From: Calcarisporiella thermophila CBS 279.70
Taxonomy: Eukaryota > Fungi > Calcarisporiellomycota
DNA length: 64,000 bases
NCBI RefSeq assembly: GCF_041956535.1
Contig: NW_027192194.1
Location: 1,147,531-1,211,530 of the forward strand
Direction of reading: 5' to 3'
This document shows positions 26,921 through 39,217 of this stretch, in pieces; positions within the stretch are counted from its first letter, which is position 1; each line of letters begins with the position of its first letter. The translations under genes and the position numbers were made by a program. The notes beneath the pieces were generated by a model. That model did not search any database. It saw only the letters and a program-made list of their open reading frames with translations, and was not told where the DNA came from.

Positions 26921-29900
26921 ATGAAGCGGCACAACCTTGGACTTCGGCAATATGTCCTCTTGCTGTTACTAGCAACCAGCTTCCCGGCCGTCCACCCTAA
27001 TCCCGTGTTCAACTCGAGTAAGTTTGCGCGTGTGGCCATTCTTCGGATGAGCCATTGTGCCTCAGTGTGCTAGTGTTTGCTTTTGTGCTCACCATTAACC
27101 TTTGAACTCCTGATCCCTCTTCCTCCCCCCTTCAGTCAACGCGGTCGACTTAAATGGAAATCAATGTCCGGCCTACACGAAACGTGATGCGGTGTGCCCC
27201 GTCCTTTGTGTGCCTGACATCTCACAGTGCCCTCAGCAGGTGGGCTCCGCCGCCTGTCCGTCCGGCATGAGCCTGTGCTCGGATGGAAAGTGCAAATCAT
27301 CGTGCGGCCAAGCCAAAAATCCTTGCCTGTGCGGAAATGATCCTGCAAGCGCACCGCGCCAGTTCGTGCCGTGTTTTACAGGCTTCACGACGGATGTTCG
27401 CTACCACGCCTCGTCCAACACAACGGCAGCCACAAGACAGGCTTGCGAGTCGGCACTAGGGCTGTCCAACGTGTCCACCGCCTTTGATCTTAGCAGCCAA
27501 AATCGGTTCTGGTTGAATTGTCCGGCGCAGAATGCCGCGGCTTCCTTCACGTTCGTTGAAACGCAGTGGCTGGTGATCTGGATTCTACTTGGAGCGGTGG
27601 CAGTGCTGCTGCTGACGTGGGTGCTGTATAAAAGCTTCCGCGAACGAGTGCGTATTCGTGCCCTATTGCCGAAGGCGGCCCCTCCTATCATTAACTCTAA
27701 TTTTATGACAGAATGTCCGCTCCCTCTTCAAACCAGCCCCTAACCCCGTGGTCGGTTCTAAGCAAAAGGGCGAGGGTGCTTCGGACGAAACGATGCAGTC
27801 GATCGACAAGGAAAAGCAACCGCAGATAACCGCGGAGAATAGCTCGGACACCGCGTCGACCGACGCCGAAGCCGACAGGATGGTTTTGCACGGCTATCGG
27901 AACGATATCTTTGGCACGGCCATGTTCTACCTCTTCGTCTGCTACTCGCTGGGCTGGTTCTGTTGGCTGGGGGTGATCACCGCGGATTACTACGGAGCGG
28001 TCAACGGCGTTGAGTTTGGCCTCTACCTGGACTTCTTGACCTCTTCGGCCACATTTATTGCGGTTTGGTATGCCACCGCCATCTGGATCATCGTCGTGGT
28101 CACGATACGGAAGCGCGTCCGCAACTTCTTCCGTATCTTGACGCCCCCGTCCCAAGGGCATGTGGTGCAGATTGAGAAGGAGAGGCAGCCGCTTATTTTG
28201 CTGGACGAGGAGTCCTTTTTGCTTGATCTCGTGCGCCGGCTGGAGGCGATCGTCATGCATCTGACCAGATGGGACAGGATCGTGGTCACCGTTCCCCTGG
28301 AGCACACCGCCGCCGGCACGAAGTACTTCAACTTCCAGTGCACGCGATACGTGTACAGCGAAGAGAAGGATCGATTCGACCCCTATGCCTTTGACATAGG
28401 CTCTAGTCACGCAGAGCTGTTGCGGCAGTCCGGGGGTTTGCGAGAGGAGGAGGCCAAATTCCGCCAAGGTAGAGTTGACCCCATTGCCGGCTCAGCCACT
28501 TCTTTTGTTTTTGGCGGCTGCGGATTAACCCACGTTTTTGGATGCACTAGAACTGATCGGGCCAAACTACATCTCGGTCTACGTCCCTAGCTTCCCGGTC
28601 GCCATTCTCCTGGAGTTCACGTCGCTCTTCTACGTATACCAGGGACTCGTTTTATGGGTATGTTATTCTGTGAGGGGTTTCAGCACGGGGATCACAGGTT
28701 TAACAAGCTTGCGCTTTTCTTTCGTTTTCAGTTGTTCTACTATTATTCCTACTACAAAGTGGGGTTGGTGGACACGGCGGTCATCCTACTCTCCGCGATC
28801 ATTAAAGTGCTCATCAGGCTGCACAGCGAAAAGCGCATCAAGAAAATGGCCGAGCATGTCGACCAGTGCAACATCCTGCGCGACGGCCAGTGGGTCGAGA
28901 AATCGACGTCGGACCTGGTCCCCGGCGACATCTTCGAGGTGACCCGGAACAGCACGGTCCCCTGTGATGCCATCTTGCTCACCGGAAATGTGATTGCGGA
29001 CGAGTCCTCCCTCACGGGAGAGCCGCTGCCCATCCGCAAATTCCCGATCAAGGACGACGATGGTCACTACAACCGCAACACCGGCAAGAACAACACGCTG
29101 TTCGCGGGCACCACCATTTCGCAGGCCACCACGCAGGGGTTCGAGTCGGAACGAGTTTACGCGCTCGTCACCCACACCGGGACCCAGACGGACAAGGGCC
29201 AGCTCGTGCATAAGATCCTGTTCCCCAACCCGATTTCCTTCATCTTCAACGAACAAATCAAGCTTGTGATGCTCATCCTTCTGATCTGGGCGGTGGTCAT
29301 CTTTGGCATTTGCGTGTGGTGGACGCGGTCCGCCAGGACTGGCGCCTGGTTCTATGGGATGTTTGTGATCTGTCAGCTCATTTCGCCGCTCCTGCCCGCC
29401 GCACTCGTGGTCGGCCAATCCGTAGCGGCCAATCGTCTGCGCGTCAAGCATATCTACTGTGTCGATCTTCCCCGTATTATTATTGCGGGCAAGGTGCAGA
29501 TTTTCTGCTTCGACAAAACGGGCACGCTCACCAAGGAAGGCCTCGAGTTCCACGGTGCGGTCCCAGCCCTCCCGTTGGCTGGGAGGGGGGAGGGACTAGA
29601 GCCTCCACCGGATGGGAATGGGGAAAAGGAGGACGTCAAGGATGAGCAGGGCTCCTCCGCAGAAGCACAAAATGATGGCGCCACCAAGTTCGATGAGCTC
29701 TGTGGCGACTACGCGAGGCTCCCGCGCCTAATCCAGCTTGGGATGGCTTCCTGTCACGCCGTCACCACTCTCGACGACCAGCTGATCGGCAATCCCGTGG
29801 ACATCGAGATGTTCCGCGCCACTGGATGGGCCCTACGCGCGGCCGACAAGGACTCGGACTTCCTCGACACCATCGACCCCCCCGCACAGGAGGCGAAGGG

Positions 29901-31584
29901 CCACGTGGGTCCGGTGCAGGTCGTGAAGCGCTTTGAATTTGTGCACGCGCGCGCCTCCATGTCCGTGGCGGTGCTCGACACGGTAACAGGACACTTGCAC
30001 GTGTTCGTCAAGGGCTCGTTCGAACGCATCAAGGAGGCGGTCCGCCCGGAGACGCTGCCTGCCGATTTTGACGACGCGACCGCGAGCCTTGCGCGCCAGG
30101 GGTGCTATGTGCTTGCCATCGCGCACCGGGACCTGGGGCCGAGGGCGGATCTCGACGTGATTCGCGGGTGGACGCGGGACGAGATCGAGGCGGAGGTGGG
30201 CCTTCTCGGGCTGATTGTGTTCCGGAACAATCTCAAGAGCGACACGGCCGCGGCGATTGCGGAGCTGAAGCAGGGCGACACGCGCACGGTGATGATCACG
30301 GGCGACACGGCCCTGACTGGGGTCTACATTGCGCGGCAATGTGGCATGATCCCGGCGGACACCCGCATCCTCCTGGGGGACGTGGACACGTCGGGCGCCG
30401 TCACCTGGGTCGATGTCGACCGCATCTCTGCGGGCCCCGTGGAGCTCGACACCTCGAACCCGAGGACAGAACTGGCGGTGACGGGCAAGGCCTTCGTCAA
30501 ACTCGCCGAGACGGACCAAATCCGGCCGCACCTCTTGAACATCCGCGTGTTCGCGCGCATGACGCCGGTGGACAAGGTGCACTGCGTGCAGCTGCACATG
30601 GAGCGGGGCATCACGGCGATGTGCGGCGACGGCGGCAACGACTGCGGGGCGCTCCGGTCCGCGCACGTGGGGCTCGCGCTCTCCGAGGCGGAGGCCTCGA
30701 TCGTCTCGCCCTTCTCGACCAACCGGCGCACCATTGCCTCGTGCGTGGAGCTGCTGCGGCAGGGCCGCGCGGCGCTGGCCACGAACCTGGCCGCCTACAA
30801 GTACTTGATCATGTATGGGCAGACGATGGCCATGTTCAAGATCTTCACGTTCTACTGGTCGACGTCGTTGTCGCAGCCGCTGTGGATCGTGGTCGACGCG
30901 TTCATCACCGTGCTGATGTCGTGGGCGGTCACGCAGTCCAAGCCGGCCAAGCACCTTGCGCCCAAGCGGCCCACCGCGCAGATCCTGGGCCCGCAGACCA
31001 TGGCCTCCACCATCGGCCTCGTCGTCATCGACTATCTCTTCCTGTCGATGATCATGTACTTCCTGTACCAGCAGGAGTTCTTCCGCTGCCACGAGTTCAA
31101 CCCCGAGAGCGTGGACACGTCGAAGTGGTGGCTGCTCGGCGACAGCTACGAGGCGGAGCTGTCTGGGTTCGTGGTGCTGTTCCAGTTTGTCAACGCGGGC
31201 GCGATCTTCAACTTCGGGTACATGTTCCGCCGTGCTTGGATCCGCAACTACTGGCTCGTGGCGATCTGGGCGGTGTACTGCATCCTCATCTCGTACGCGA
31301 TGATCGCCGACCCGAACCCGCTCGGCTGCATGTTCCGCATGAACTGCGGCAACCCGCGGGTGCTCGAGGACCTGGGCTATCCCCGCCCCTGGTGGGAGAT
31401 CGAGCCCTACAACCTCGAGCAGGGCCACAACGTGATGCCGTACGCGTTCCGGTGGAAGCTGTGGGCGCTGTGCGTGGCGAACATGCTGGCGGGCCTGCTC
31501 TGGGAGAAGCTCGTCATCCTTGGGCCGGTGCGCGCGTACTTCGCCCGGCGGTATCCGGTGCGACAACACCACTTCAAGCTATAG
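26921..31584 (+). CDS. P5 (P5B/ATP13A-like) P-type ATPase with N-terminal signal peptide and Cys-rich ectodomain; exons 26921-27017, 27136-27647, 27712-28468, 28551-28657, 28732-31584 (1441 aa)
   Basis: LVPGD, DESSLTGEP, SPLLPAAL, CFDKTGTLT, KGSFE, MITGD, FARMTP..K, MCGDGGNDCGAL, EASIVSPF, GRAAL; four GT-AG introns give a 4326-nt stop-free frame. Confidence 0.9.
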
Positions 31585-31943
31585 CATTGGTTTCCCTTTT
31601 TTTATTCTATGTCGGTACGGTTTTGTTTTGTTCCACTCTAATTTCCTTAATGTTTACACTCTATTCTATTTATTTTGAATGGCGATTATCCTATCTTCCA
31701 TTATTTTCATCTAATCCCTTTTCATATATGATCTTATTTCGAGCAGCTAGCCTTCTCTAGTATTCATGTATCATTAATATATTTAATGCGTTTCGCCTCT
31801 CCCCCATTCACTTGGATTGGAGAAGAATTGAGCCACTTTCTCATGAAGATTTCGCCAAGCCACTGATGAAATGGCTTAATGAGCACCGTAAAATCATAAA
31901 ATTGGGCGTTCCTTGCAACTTTTTGTAACTTTCACTAAAAACG

Positions 31944-31990
31944 CCACGACATAGTGCGTGTAGTAGTTTCTTACACGCACTATGTCGTGG
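31944..31990. repeat. Perfect inverted repeat: 19-bp stem, 9-nt loop
   Basis: ccacgacatagtgcgtgta-gtagtttct-tacacgcactatgtcgtgg. Confidence 0.95.
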
Positions 31991-32619
31991 TGATTTGTTA
32001 TCTGCGGAAGTTTGGTAATAAAATCCGTTGAAATTTCTAGTCATCTCTGTCCTTGGAAAGGAGATAGGAGATTAGGTATCTTCTGGTTTAGTGACTGGAT
32101 CAGTTGACAAGAAGTGCAATTGGATATATATCAACGTTCCTCAGTTTCCATCTTGGGCCAATACAGCTCTTCTGGAAGTAATTCCGACGTCTACGTCGAG
32201 GATGTAGGGTATCACGGAAGAGAACGTCTCTGATAGTGACAATAACTGGCTCGTACTAGTTTTTCGCTAGCAACTGCAAAGAGGACCGTGCAAGTATCTG
32301 GATCAACCTCAACCATTATTTTGGCAATGAAAGTCCTCAAAGTTGTTGACAATCGGTTCTGCTCTTTGCCCATTTGTACAAACGGATATTGTGGTTGTTT
32401 GACTGACTGGAACTCGGTGATTTCTCCTGCGTCTTGCACCGGTTATGATCACGATCAAAAGTTCACTCTGATACTTCGCATCCTCGCACTGGACACTAAA
32501 GACAGCAGTGCCTTCAATAATCCAAGGCCCATGTATTCTTTACGGAAGATAATTTTATTCCTGTGGAGCTCAAGTTAGCATCAGCTAAGCCGTTTATGCA
32601 TACCCGACCATGGAGTTAT

Positions 32620-32960
32620 TAGACTGTCGCTGGCTTCAAGAGATGCACGACGCTTCCGGCTCAGCGCACCCTGGGAGGAACAAGATGTTGGAAGTACTTC
32701 GGTGGCAATTGTATTGGCCCAAGATGGACGCTGACGAGCGTTGCCGTTTATCTAGTTGTACCACTTGGCAATGGAATAGGCTGTTAATCAGAAGACGCCT
32801 GGCCTTCTATTTCCGTTGCATGAACCAGGACGGAGAAAAAAGGCAGGACTTATCAATGGACTTCTGTATCCAACTTGCTTGAACTGTCGATGGCTATGAC
32901 GCACTGTGGGGAGAAATGGACTGTTTGACCCTACACGCTCATTTTTTTCGCATTCAACGG
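32620..32960 (+). mobile_element. Ty3/gypsy LTR retrotransposon integrase relic
   Basis: WLQEMHDASGSAHPGRNKMLEVLRWQLYWPKM...SSCTTWQ (decayed HHCC zinc-binding domain) followed by DLSMDFCIQLA*TVDGYDALW (start of the core domain). No LTRs recognised. Confidence 0.85.
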
Positions 32961-33628
32961 CACCATCGACGCCTTGCGACTGCAACAGGACGGCTCATTT
33001 ACACCTCTCATGATCTGCAATATGGATTTATGTTGATTTATTATTATTGTTAAATTATTGTTAATAAAGACCAAGCTTCTATTATTGCCAATATCGTATT
33101 GTCTACCTATCGAACCTACAACACTTGGCAAGCGTACCAGGGGGTGGGAGAAACTTTTCAAAGTATTTCACTTCTAATCGAATTCTATTATATTTTATAT
33201 CTATATCCATGTATGCATATCCGAGGAGATATGGATGCGTTCAGATCATCTCGATAAACTATACAGATTTTATTTGGTGGAAATGTGTAGGAGAGGGGGG
33301 GGAATAGGACAAGGATAATAATAGATAAGAAGTAAGGAGAGTTAATAAAACAGATACAAATTAAGGAAATAAAAATAGAAAAAGGTGAAAATATATAGTA
33401 TAAATCCACGGTTAGAGAATATAAAATAGTGGGTGGCCATAGAGATGAAGAATCATGCAAATATGCTGTAGGTGAAGGAAGTGAGAGAGGCGAGCAAAAG
33501 GAGGAAGGGGGGGGGGGGGGGCGTGGTAGAAAACAAAGAAAACAAAAAAAATGGTACGTACAAGGAAAAAAAATAAATCAAAGGCAAGCAGGAAAACAAA
33601 AAAGTACAATGAGAGCCCATGCAGTGCT

Positions 33629-35356
33629 TCACCAGAATTTTAACACCCGGCCCACCATCTTGTCCAGCACCCCCCATAAACAGGCCGTGAAGATGGCTCC
33701 ACGGACGAAGAACGCGGTCCAATAGCGCATGCCGCCCTGGAGGTGGTGCATGACGTCGTAGGGCCCAACGCTCTCGAAATCCCCCAGCCCAAGAATATCG
33801 ACCACAGTCGGCAAACTGCACCCAAGCGCAAGCAGCAAGCAGGTGTTCAACGCTAACTCCTGCAGCCCCAGGCGACCAAACCGCGGCCGAAGCCGATCGA
33901 ACGGCGCGACGTGGTATGCGCCCACAATCGCGGCGAGCGTAAAATAGAGGATCATGACCACGTCCAGCACAACCTCCTCCACGCCCTCCCACTTGGTTCC
34001 GCTGCGTATCAGAAACCCGTGCTGTAGCGCGGTCGGGATCTTTTGCTCCCACAGACCCCACACCAGGCTTCGGGCAATATGCAGCATAAGTAGGGCGTAG
34101 AGGACGAGGTTGACTGGAAATATGAGCAGGAACGCAAGATTCCGGACGATGGGCGACTGGGACACCTGCTCCTCAGCTCGCTTGCGCTCTTTTTCTATAG
34201 CGGCCAGTTTCTGGACGATCTCGTCGCGGGTGGGGAGTTTCGGGTTCGGGGCGGAGGAGAGGGAGGAGGCGGAGAGCGAGGAGGAGATGGACGAGGCGGG
34301 GGTGTGCCCGAGTCTGGCGGACCCATTCGAAGATAGGCCAGGGTAGGCGGGGGAGGCGGCGGCGGCCTCCCATTCTCGAGTCAGCCTCCGTCTAGGATTT
34401 ATTTTGGGTGGAGGCAGGGATGTAGACCGAGACACGCGGGGCTTCCCGGCCAACGCCATGAACGCCTCCCACTTTGTGTTCGGTACGGATGCGGACATAT
34501 CTCTCCTTATGCCCGTGGAATACCGCTTTCTCCGCTCATCGGCGTCGTAGAACTCGGCGACTTCCAGTTTCCGCCGATACATCTCGCCCTCAAATTGGAG
34601 CTGGGCCAGTCGATGCTTGTGTTTGCGACGATGATTCAGCCGCAACGGGAGCGCGGCCACCCCCTCGAATATGGAGAGCAGCCCGCGCGGCACTGCGCGC
34701 ACGCACAGCAGGGTTCCTCCAAAACAGGTCGTCAAGTTCAGGAAGAACCAATCGGGTATATCCACGTGCAACAGCAGCTTCGTCACAAACACGAATCCAT
34801 ACACCAGCGCACCAACTAGAGCAAGCGACACCAGGGTTTCGCGCGCCTTGGCCAGGAAGCTGAAGTGCTGTGCACTCTCGTTGAAGAAATAGGCAAAGGG
34901 GACGAGGAGGAAGAGGGCGACATTCCCGCCGATGAAAGTGTAGTTCCAGAGGGTGTTGAGCAGACTCTCGTCCAGCCATCGGAGTGCATGGAAATGATGG
35001 ACCTCTTGTAGCAGCGCCGTCGCAACCATGGTGGATGGCAGCAACATGAATCCGGCGAGAGCAAATGCAAGCGCAGAGATGCAGAGGGTGAGCGGGATCA
35101 GGGCATCGGCTCCAACAAATTCGTCATCAATGCGATCATCGTCGTATTCCTCGAGATGCATGCTCTTCGATTTTAGACGGCGCCGCAGACGACGGACAAG
35201 AAAAAGCGCCAAGAACCAGAGGGCAAGAAAGCTGAGGAGGGCAATGACATTTTCGCGTACTGCGCTGTAGAAGCGCTTGGCTTCGGCGTCATCGCGTGGA
35301 GACGATGGGATATTGTCTATGTGAAAGGTCGATAAATTGTGTTGTTCTGTCGACAT
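33629..35356 (-). CDS. LMBR1/LMBR1L-like multi-pass membrane protein; intronless
   Basis: LCISALAFALAGFMLLPS, WLDESLLNTLWNY, LFLLVPFAYFFNES, P.GL..IF, LLLAL.CSLP....LGL.DF..VG resemble animal LMBR1 segments; start taken at MSTEQH. Confidence 0.85.
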   Translation of the reverse strand: MSTEQHNLSTFHIDNIPSSPRDDAEAKRFYSAVRENVIALLSFLALWFLALFLVRRLRRRLKSKSMHLEEYDDDRIDDEFVGADALIPLTLCISALAFALAGFMLLPSTMVATALLQEVHHFHALRWLDESLLNTLWNYTFIGGNVALFLLVPFAYFFNESAQHFSFLAKARETLVSLALVGALVYGFVFVTKLLLHVDIPDWFFLNLTTCFGGTLLCVRAVPRGLLSIFEGVAALPLRLNHRRKHKHRLAQLQFEGEMYRRKLEVAEFYDADERRKRYSTGIRRDMSASVPNTKWEAFMALAGKPRVSRSTSLPPPKINPRRRLTREWEAAAASPAYPGLSSNGSARLGHTPASSISSSLSASSLSSAPNPKLPTRDEIVQKLAAIEKERKRAEEQVSQSPIVRNLAFLLIFPVNLVLYALLMLHIARSLVWGLWEQKIPTALQHGFLIRSGTKWEGVEEVVLDVVMILYFTLAAIVGAYHVAPFDRLRPRFGRLGLQELALNTCLLLALGCSLPTVVDILGLGDFESVGPYDVMHHLQGGMRYWTAFFVRGAIFTACLWGVLDKMVGRVLKFW

Positions 35357-36382
35357 AGCAAATACATTTATGCTGGGTGAAATGGTATATCTATTTGATA
35401 GAGAATGGACCGACCATAATAAAGGCACCTATTTTTAATAAGAGGATTTTTCTTTCTTAAAAAAACAACAGTTTGTGCTACGTCATAAATTTTGTATAAG
35501 TTTGCAAATCTCCACCCCAAATCAATGGGAATGATTATGGTAATCGAGTAGTGCACCATTGACGTGTATTCTCTTCGTTGAATCTACCGCAGCCATTCCT
35601 CTGCTTAATACGTGGCTTCCTTTGAATGGCCCTCACGGCCACAGTTAATATTGCTAGACGAAACCGCTAGTGTTTTAAAGCACAAGCCCCTATGAAAGCA
35701 ACTCTCGCTGTTCCAAACACCAGGTATCAAGTATTAATCAATCCATAAGGGTTACTTGGCTATTCCAGTTGAGTTTTTCCTGATGTCAAAAACTCACTTG
35801 TCTGAATTTCCTTGCATCCACTGCTAATGTAACCGTCTTTATTGGAGACTTTCATCCTTTGAAATCCGATAGAGGACAACACTTCTGAAGCTGCCAGGTT
35901 CTTTGAAGCAAAAAGTTCAATACGATACGCGAGGGGCTGTCCTAGGGTTTGAACATTCGCAGTCACACATGGAATGATTGGCAATATGCCTATTTAATGA
36001 ATATTCAACAAATGAAATACGTGACGAGCATCCTCAGTGATTTCAAGGGGCGGCAGGGCGTGACTAGTCCCTAACAGCATGCAAGTCCAGCCAAGGGGCA
36101 TGATCCATCTGGCCGGCACATCTCTGTGAGAGCGGCCCCTACGTCACCCAATCTCTCTCTGTGTAAGTCGCAGGAACGAAGAATTATTCACAAGTGGTAG
36201 CACATCCCAATTCAGCATAGTGTTCAAAACTTTATTAGTCCCCATCTTGATTTGTACTTTTTCTTTCGTACCAGCATCGCGATTTCTCACTCCTTCAATC
36301 TCTTCATCTTTGCAGTGCCCTTCTACTCTACTCTCTCCCTCCTCGCCATTCTCTCCTTCCATTGCTGTGGATTAAACAAAGA

Positions 36383-38139
36383 ATGGCTCTTTGGCTCCTC
36401 TCTCTTGCGCTCATTCTCCTGCCAGCTGCGGTTCAGGCACTCTGGCCACTTCCACGCGTCTGGTCACAGGGGCAAACTACCGTGGAACTGAGTGGCGACT
36501 TTCATTTCATTCTTACTGAGGATGCCGATCCGCTGCTCCAAAAGGCCACACAACGCTATCATAATCTCATCCTGCAGGAAAAGTTTGTGAATCCCGTTCC
36601 AGATAGCTGGCAGCAGCCAGGCAAAACCCCATCCAGCGAGACCGCAGCGCCAGCCAGCAGCGACAAACACACCACAGAATCTATCACCTCAGTGCGCGTT
36701 ATAGTGAACACGACGCAGGCTGGCAAGTATGCAATCGATTCGGATGAATCCTATCAGATTGACGTGCCTGCGACGGGAAGCGAGGCAACCATCAGAGCTA
36801 AGACTGTGTGGGGAGCGATCCGCTCGTTAGAAACCTTCTCTCAGCTGGTCACCTATAACAAAACAAGCGATTCCCGTGTGATTCGGAATGCTCCTTGGAA
36901 GATTGAGGACGCGCCTGCCTACTCCCATCGTGGAATTATGCTCGACACATCGCGCAATTTCTTCCCCGTTAAGGATATCCTGCGCGTGCTCGATGGAATG
37001 GCGTATAGCAAACTGAACGTGTTCCACTGGCACATAGTCGATTCCCACTCGTTTCCTTTTGGATCGGAACGGTACCCCGAGCTCTGGCAAAAGGGTGCCT
37101 ATGGGGAGGATATGGTCTACACGCGGGAGGACGTGAGGACCATCCTGGAGCATGCCAATGAGCGTGCTATTCGCGTGATCCCGGAAATCGATATGCCCGG
37201 GCACACCTACTCCGTGGGGCTATCCCACCCGGACCTGGTGACATGCATGGATATGCTCCCGAACTGGGACAAGGTAAGCGTGAAGTCCTTCGGCTAAAAT
37301 CAGCAGCCCAGTCCTGACACCTCCCCTCACTACCCATCTTTGGCCCCTAGTACGCTGCCGAGCCCCCCTCTGGCCAACTCAACCCCTTGCACAATGGCAC
37401 TCTGGACCTAATTGGCGGTCTCGTGCAAGAGGTTTCCGAGTGGTTCCCGGACAACGTCGTCCACCTGGGCGGGGATGAGATTCAGCCCAACTGCTGGAAG
37501 GAGAACCCCACCGTCATGCAGTATATGAATAGCAGCGGTATCGCGGATTTTAACGGGGTGCTCCAGCACTTTTTCGAGAAGGTGACTGGGGTGGCGCGCG
37601 CGGCAGGAAAAACCCCTATGACGTGGGAGGAGACGGTCGTGAGCCACAACCTGCAGCTGGGCGACATCGTGGTGCAGGTGTGGAACGACCCCGGCTACAT
37701 CAAAAACATTACCTCGCGCGGCTTGCGCGTAGTGGCCTCTCCCCACGACTACTACTACCTCGACTGTGGGCTGGGCGACTTCCTGGGGAATCAGACCGAC
37801 TCCGTGTCGTGGTGCGATCCATACAAGACCTGGCAAAAGGTCTACTCGTTCGATCCCCGTGCGAACCTCACCGAGGCCGAGGCCAAGCTTGTCCTGGGAG
37901 GAGAGGTTGCCATGTGGACCGAGCTTGTCGACCCGAGCAACCTTGAGGTGCGGCTGTGGCCCCGATCTGCCGCTGCTGGCGAGGTGCTCTGGTCCAATCG
38001 GCAAGACCAGGTGACCGCACTGTACCGACTGCATGAGCATCGATTCCGCATGCTGTCCCGAGGAATCCAAAGCACGCCACTGCAGCCTTTGTGGTGTGCA
38101 AGGAATCCAGGACATTGTAATGCGCCCTTTCCGAAATAG
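36383..38139 (+). CDS. Secreted beta-N-acetylhexosaminidase (GH20); intron 37274-37350
   Basis: Signal peptide ..VQA|LWPLP; HRGIMLDTSRNF, LNVFHWHIVDSHSFP, PEIDMPGH, HLGGDE, YYYLDCG, GGEVAMWTE, LWPRSAA. Confidence 0.96.
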
Positions 38140-39217
38140 CGATCCCCGCTACTCTGCCGTGTTTTGTTGTTCGCCATGTTTACCGTGCTTCTTTCTATTT
38201 ATTACTAATTTTCTAAAATCTTTTTGGCGCCTGCTTGTGCTTATTGGTCAGCACGTCCTCTTCTCTTTATGCTGGATCCTCTTTCCAAGTGTAATATTTA
38301 GTCCTTAATGTAATGACTCTGCATCTTCTACCGTGGAGATTTGGCTTTGTCTAAGATGGTAGACATGCCCGTCTAAAGATTCCTTATAGCTGTCTAATCG
38401 AAAAAAAAGAACCCCAAATCATGGTGCGAATGTTATTTTTTGCCACACTTCTCTTGTGGCGGGTTTTCGTTTGATTATGTTATTATAAATTATATATATA
38501 AACTGTAGCAACTCTCATTCTTCTACAGGATCCAAGAGGGTGTTAACGTGCTTGCACCACGCGACAAGAAATTTGATAGAAACTGTAATCATTTGGGTCG
38601 AAATTGGATGGTAATATCTATGAGTTGCTGTATCTTTAATGCTTCACAACACTAACCAAGCCTATTATAACACCGTGTTCAATAGGAGAAGAGATGAAGT
38701 TTATTAGAATGTGATATTGAGCAATGCAAACTTGAAAAGATTAACTTTATCAACAGTATTAATCGCCTCTGCGTGATTATCAATTTGAACTTAAAATAGA
38801 ATGGTAGAGCAGGACGGCTAGAAACTCGGTGCATTTCTATTACCGATGTTCACCGAAAGAGAAGAATATCTATAGAGGTGGAGAAGGGCCTCCTAACAAT
38901 TGAATTATTCCAAGCCAGCAATCATTCAATTGACATATTTCTACGCATAGCTCCTTTTATATACTTAACAAGTCTCTGCATTGGATAAAGAAAAGGCTTG
39001 ATTCATAAGGAAAATACGCTGAAAAATCTCGAAACTTCAAGTGTTGGTAGAATGTGGAGTTACTAGAAGTGCAGAACTGATAGTGTTGGTTTATTTGCAA
39101 CAATGATGCTAGCCGAGCAAACATTTTCAGAGTTTTCACCCTTTTGGAGATAGCATAGGTGGGCTAACAAAGTAGAGTTTTGTTCATTCGTCACCAATTC
39201 TGGACCGATAAACGAAG

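Noticed and set aside
29833-31760. Long overlapping ORFs (579 aa minus, 552 aa plus), and similar ones at 24308-25360, 46961-48259 and 56240-57643
   Set aside because: Shadows of high-GC3 genes; low-complexity Arg/Ala/His/Val-rich translations with no motifs.
38500-39150. Exon-like fragments and an LRDYQ-like word in the intergenic region
   Set aside because: Frames are full of stops and no coherent family could be assigned.
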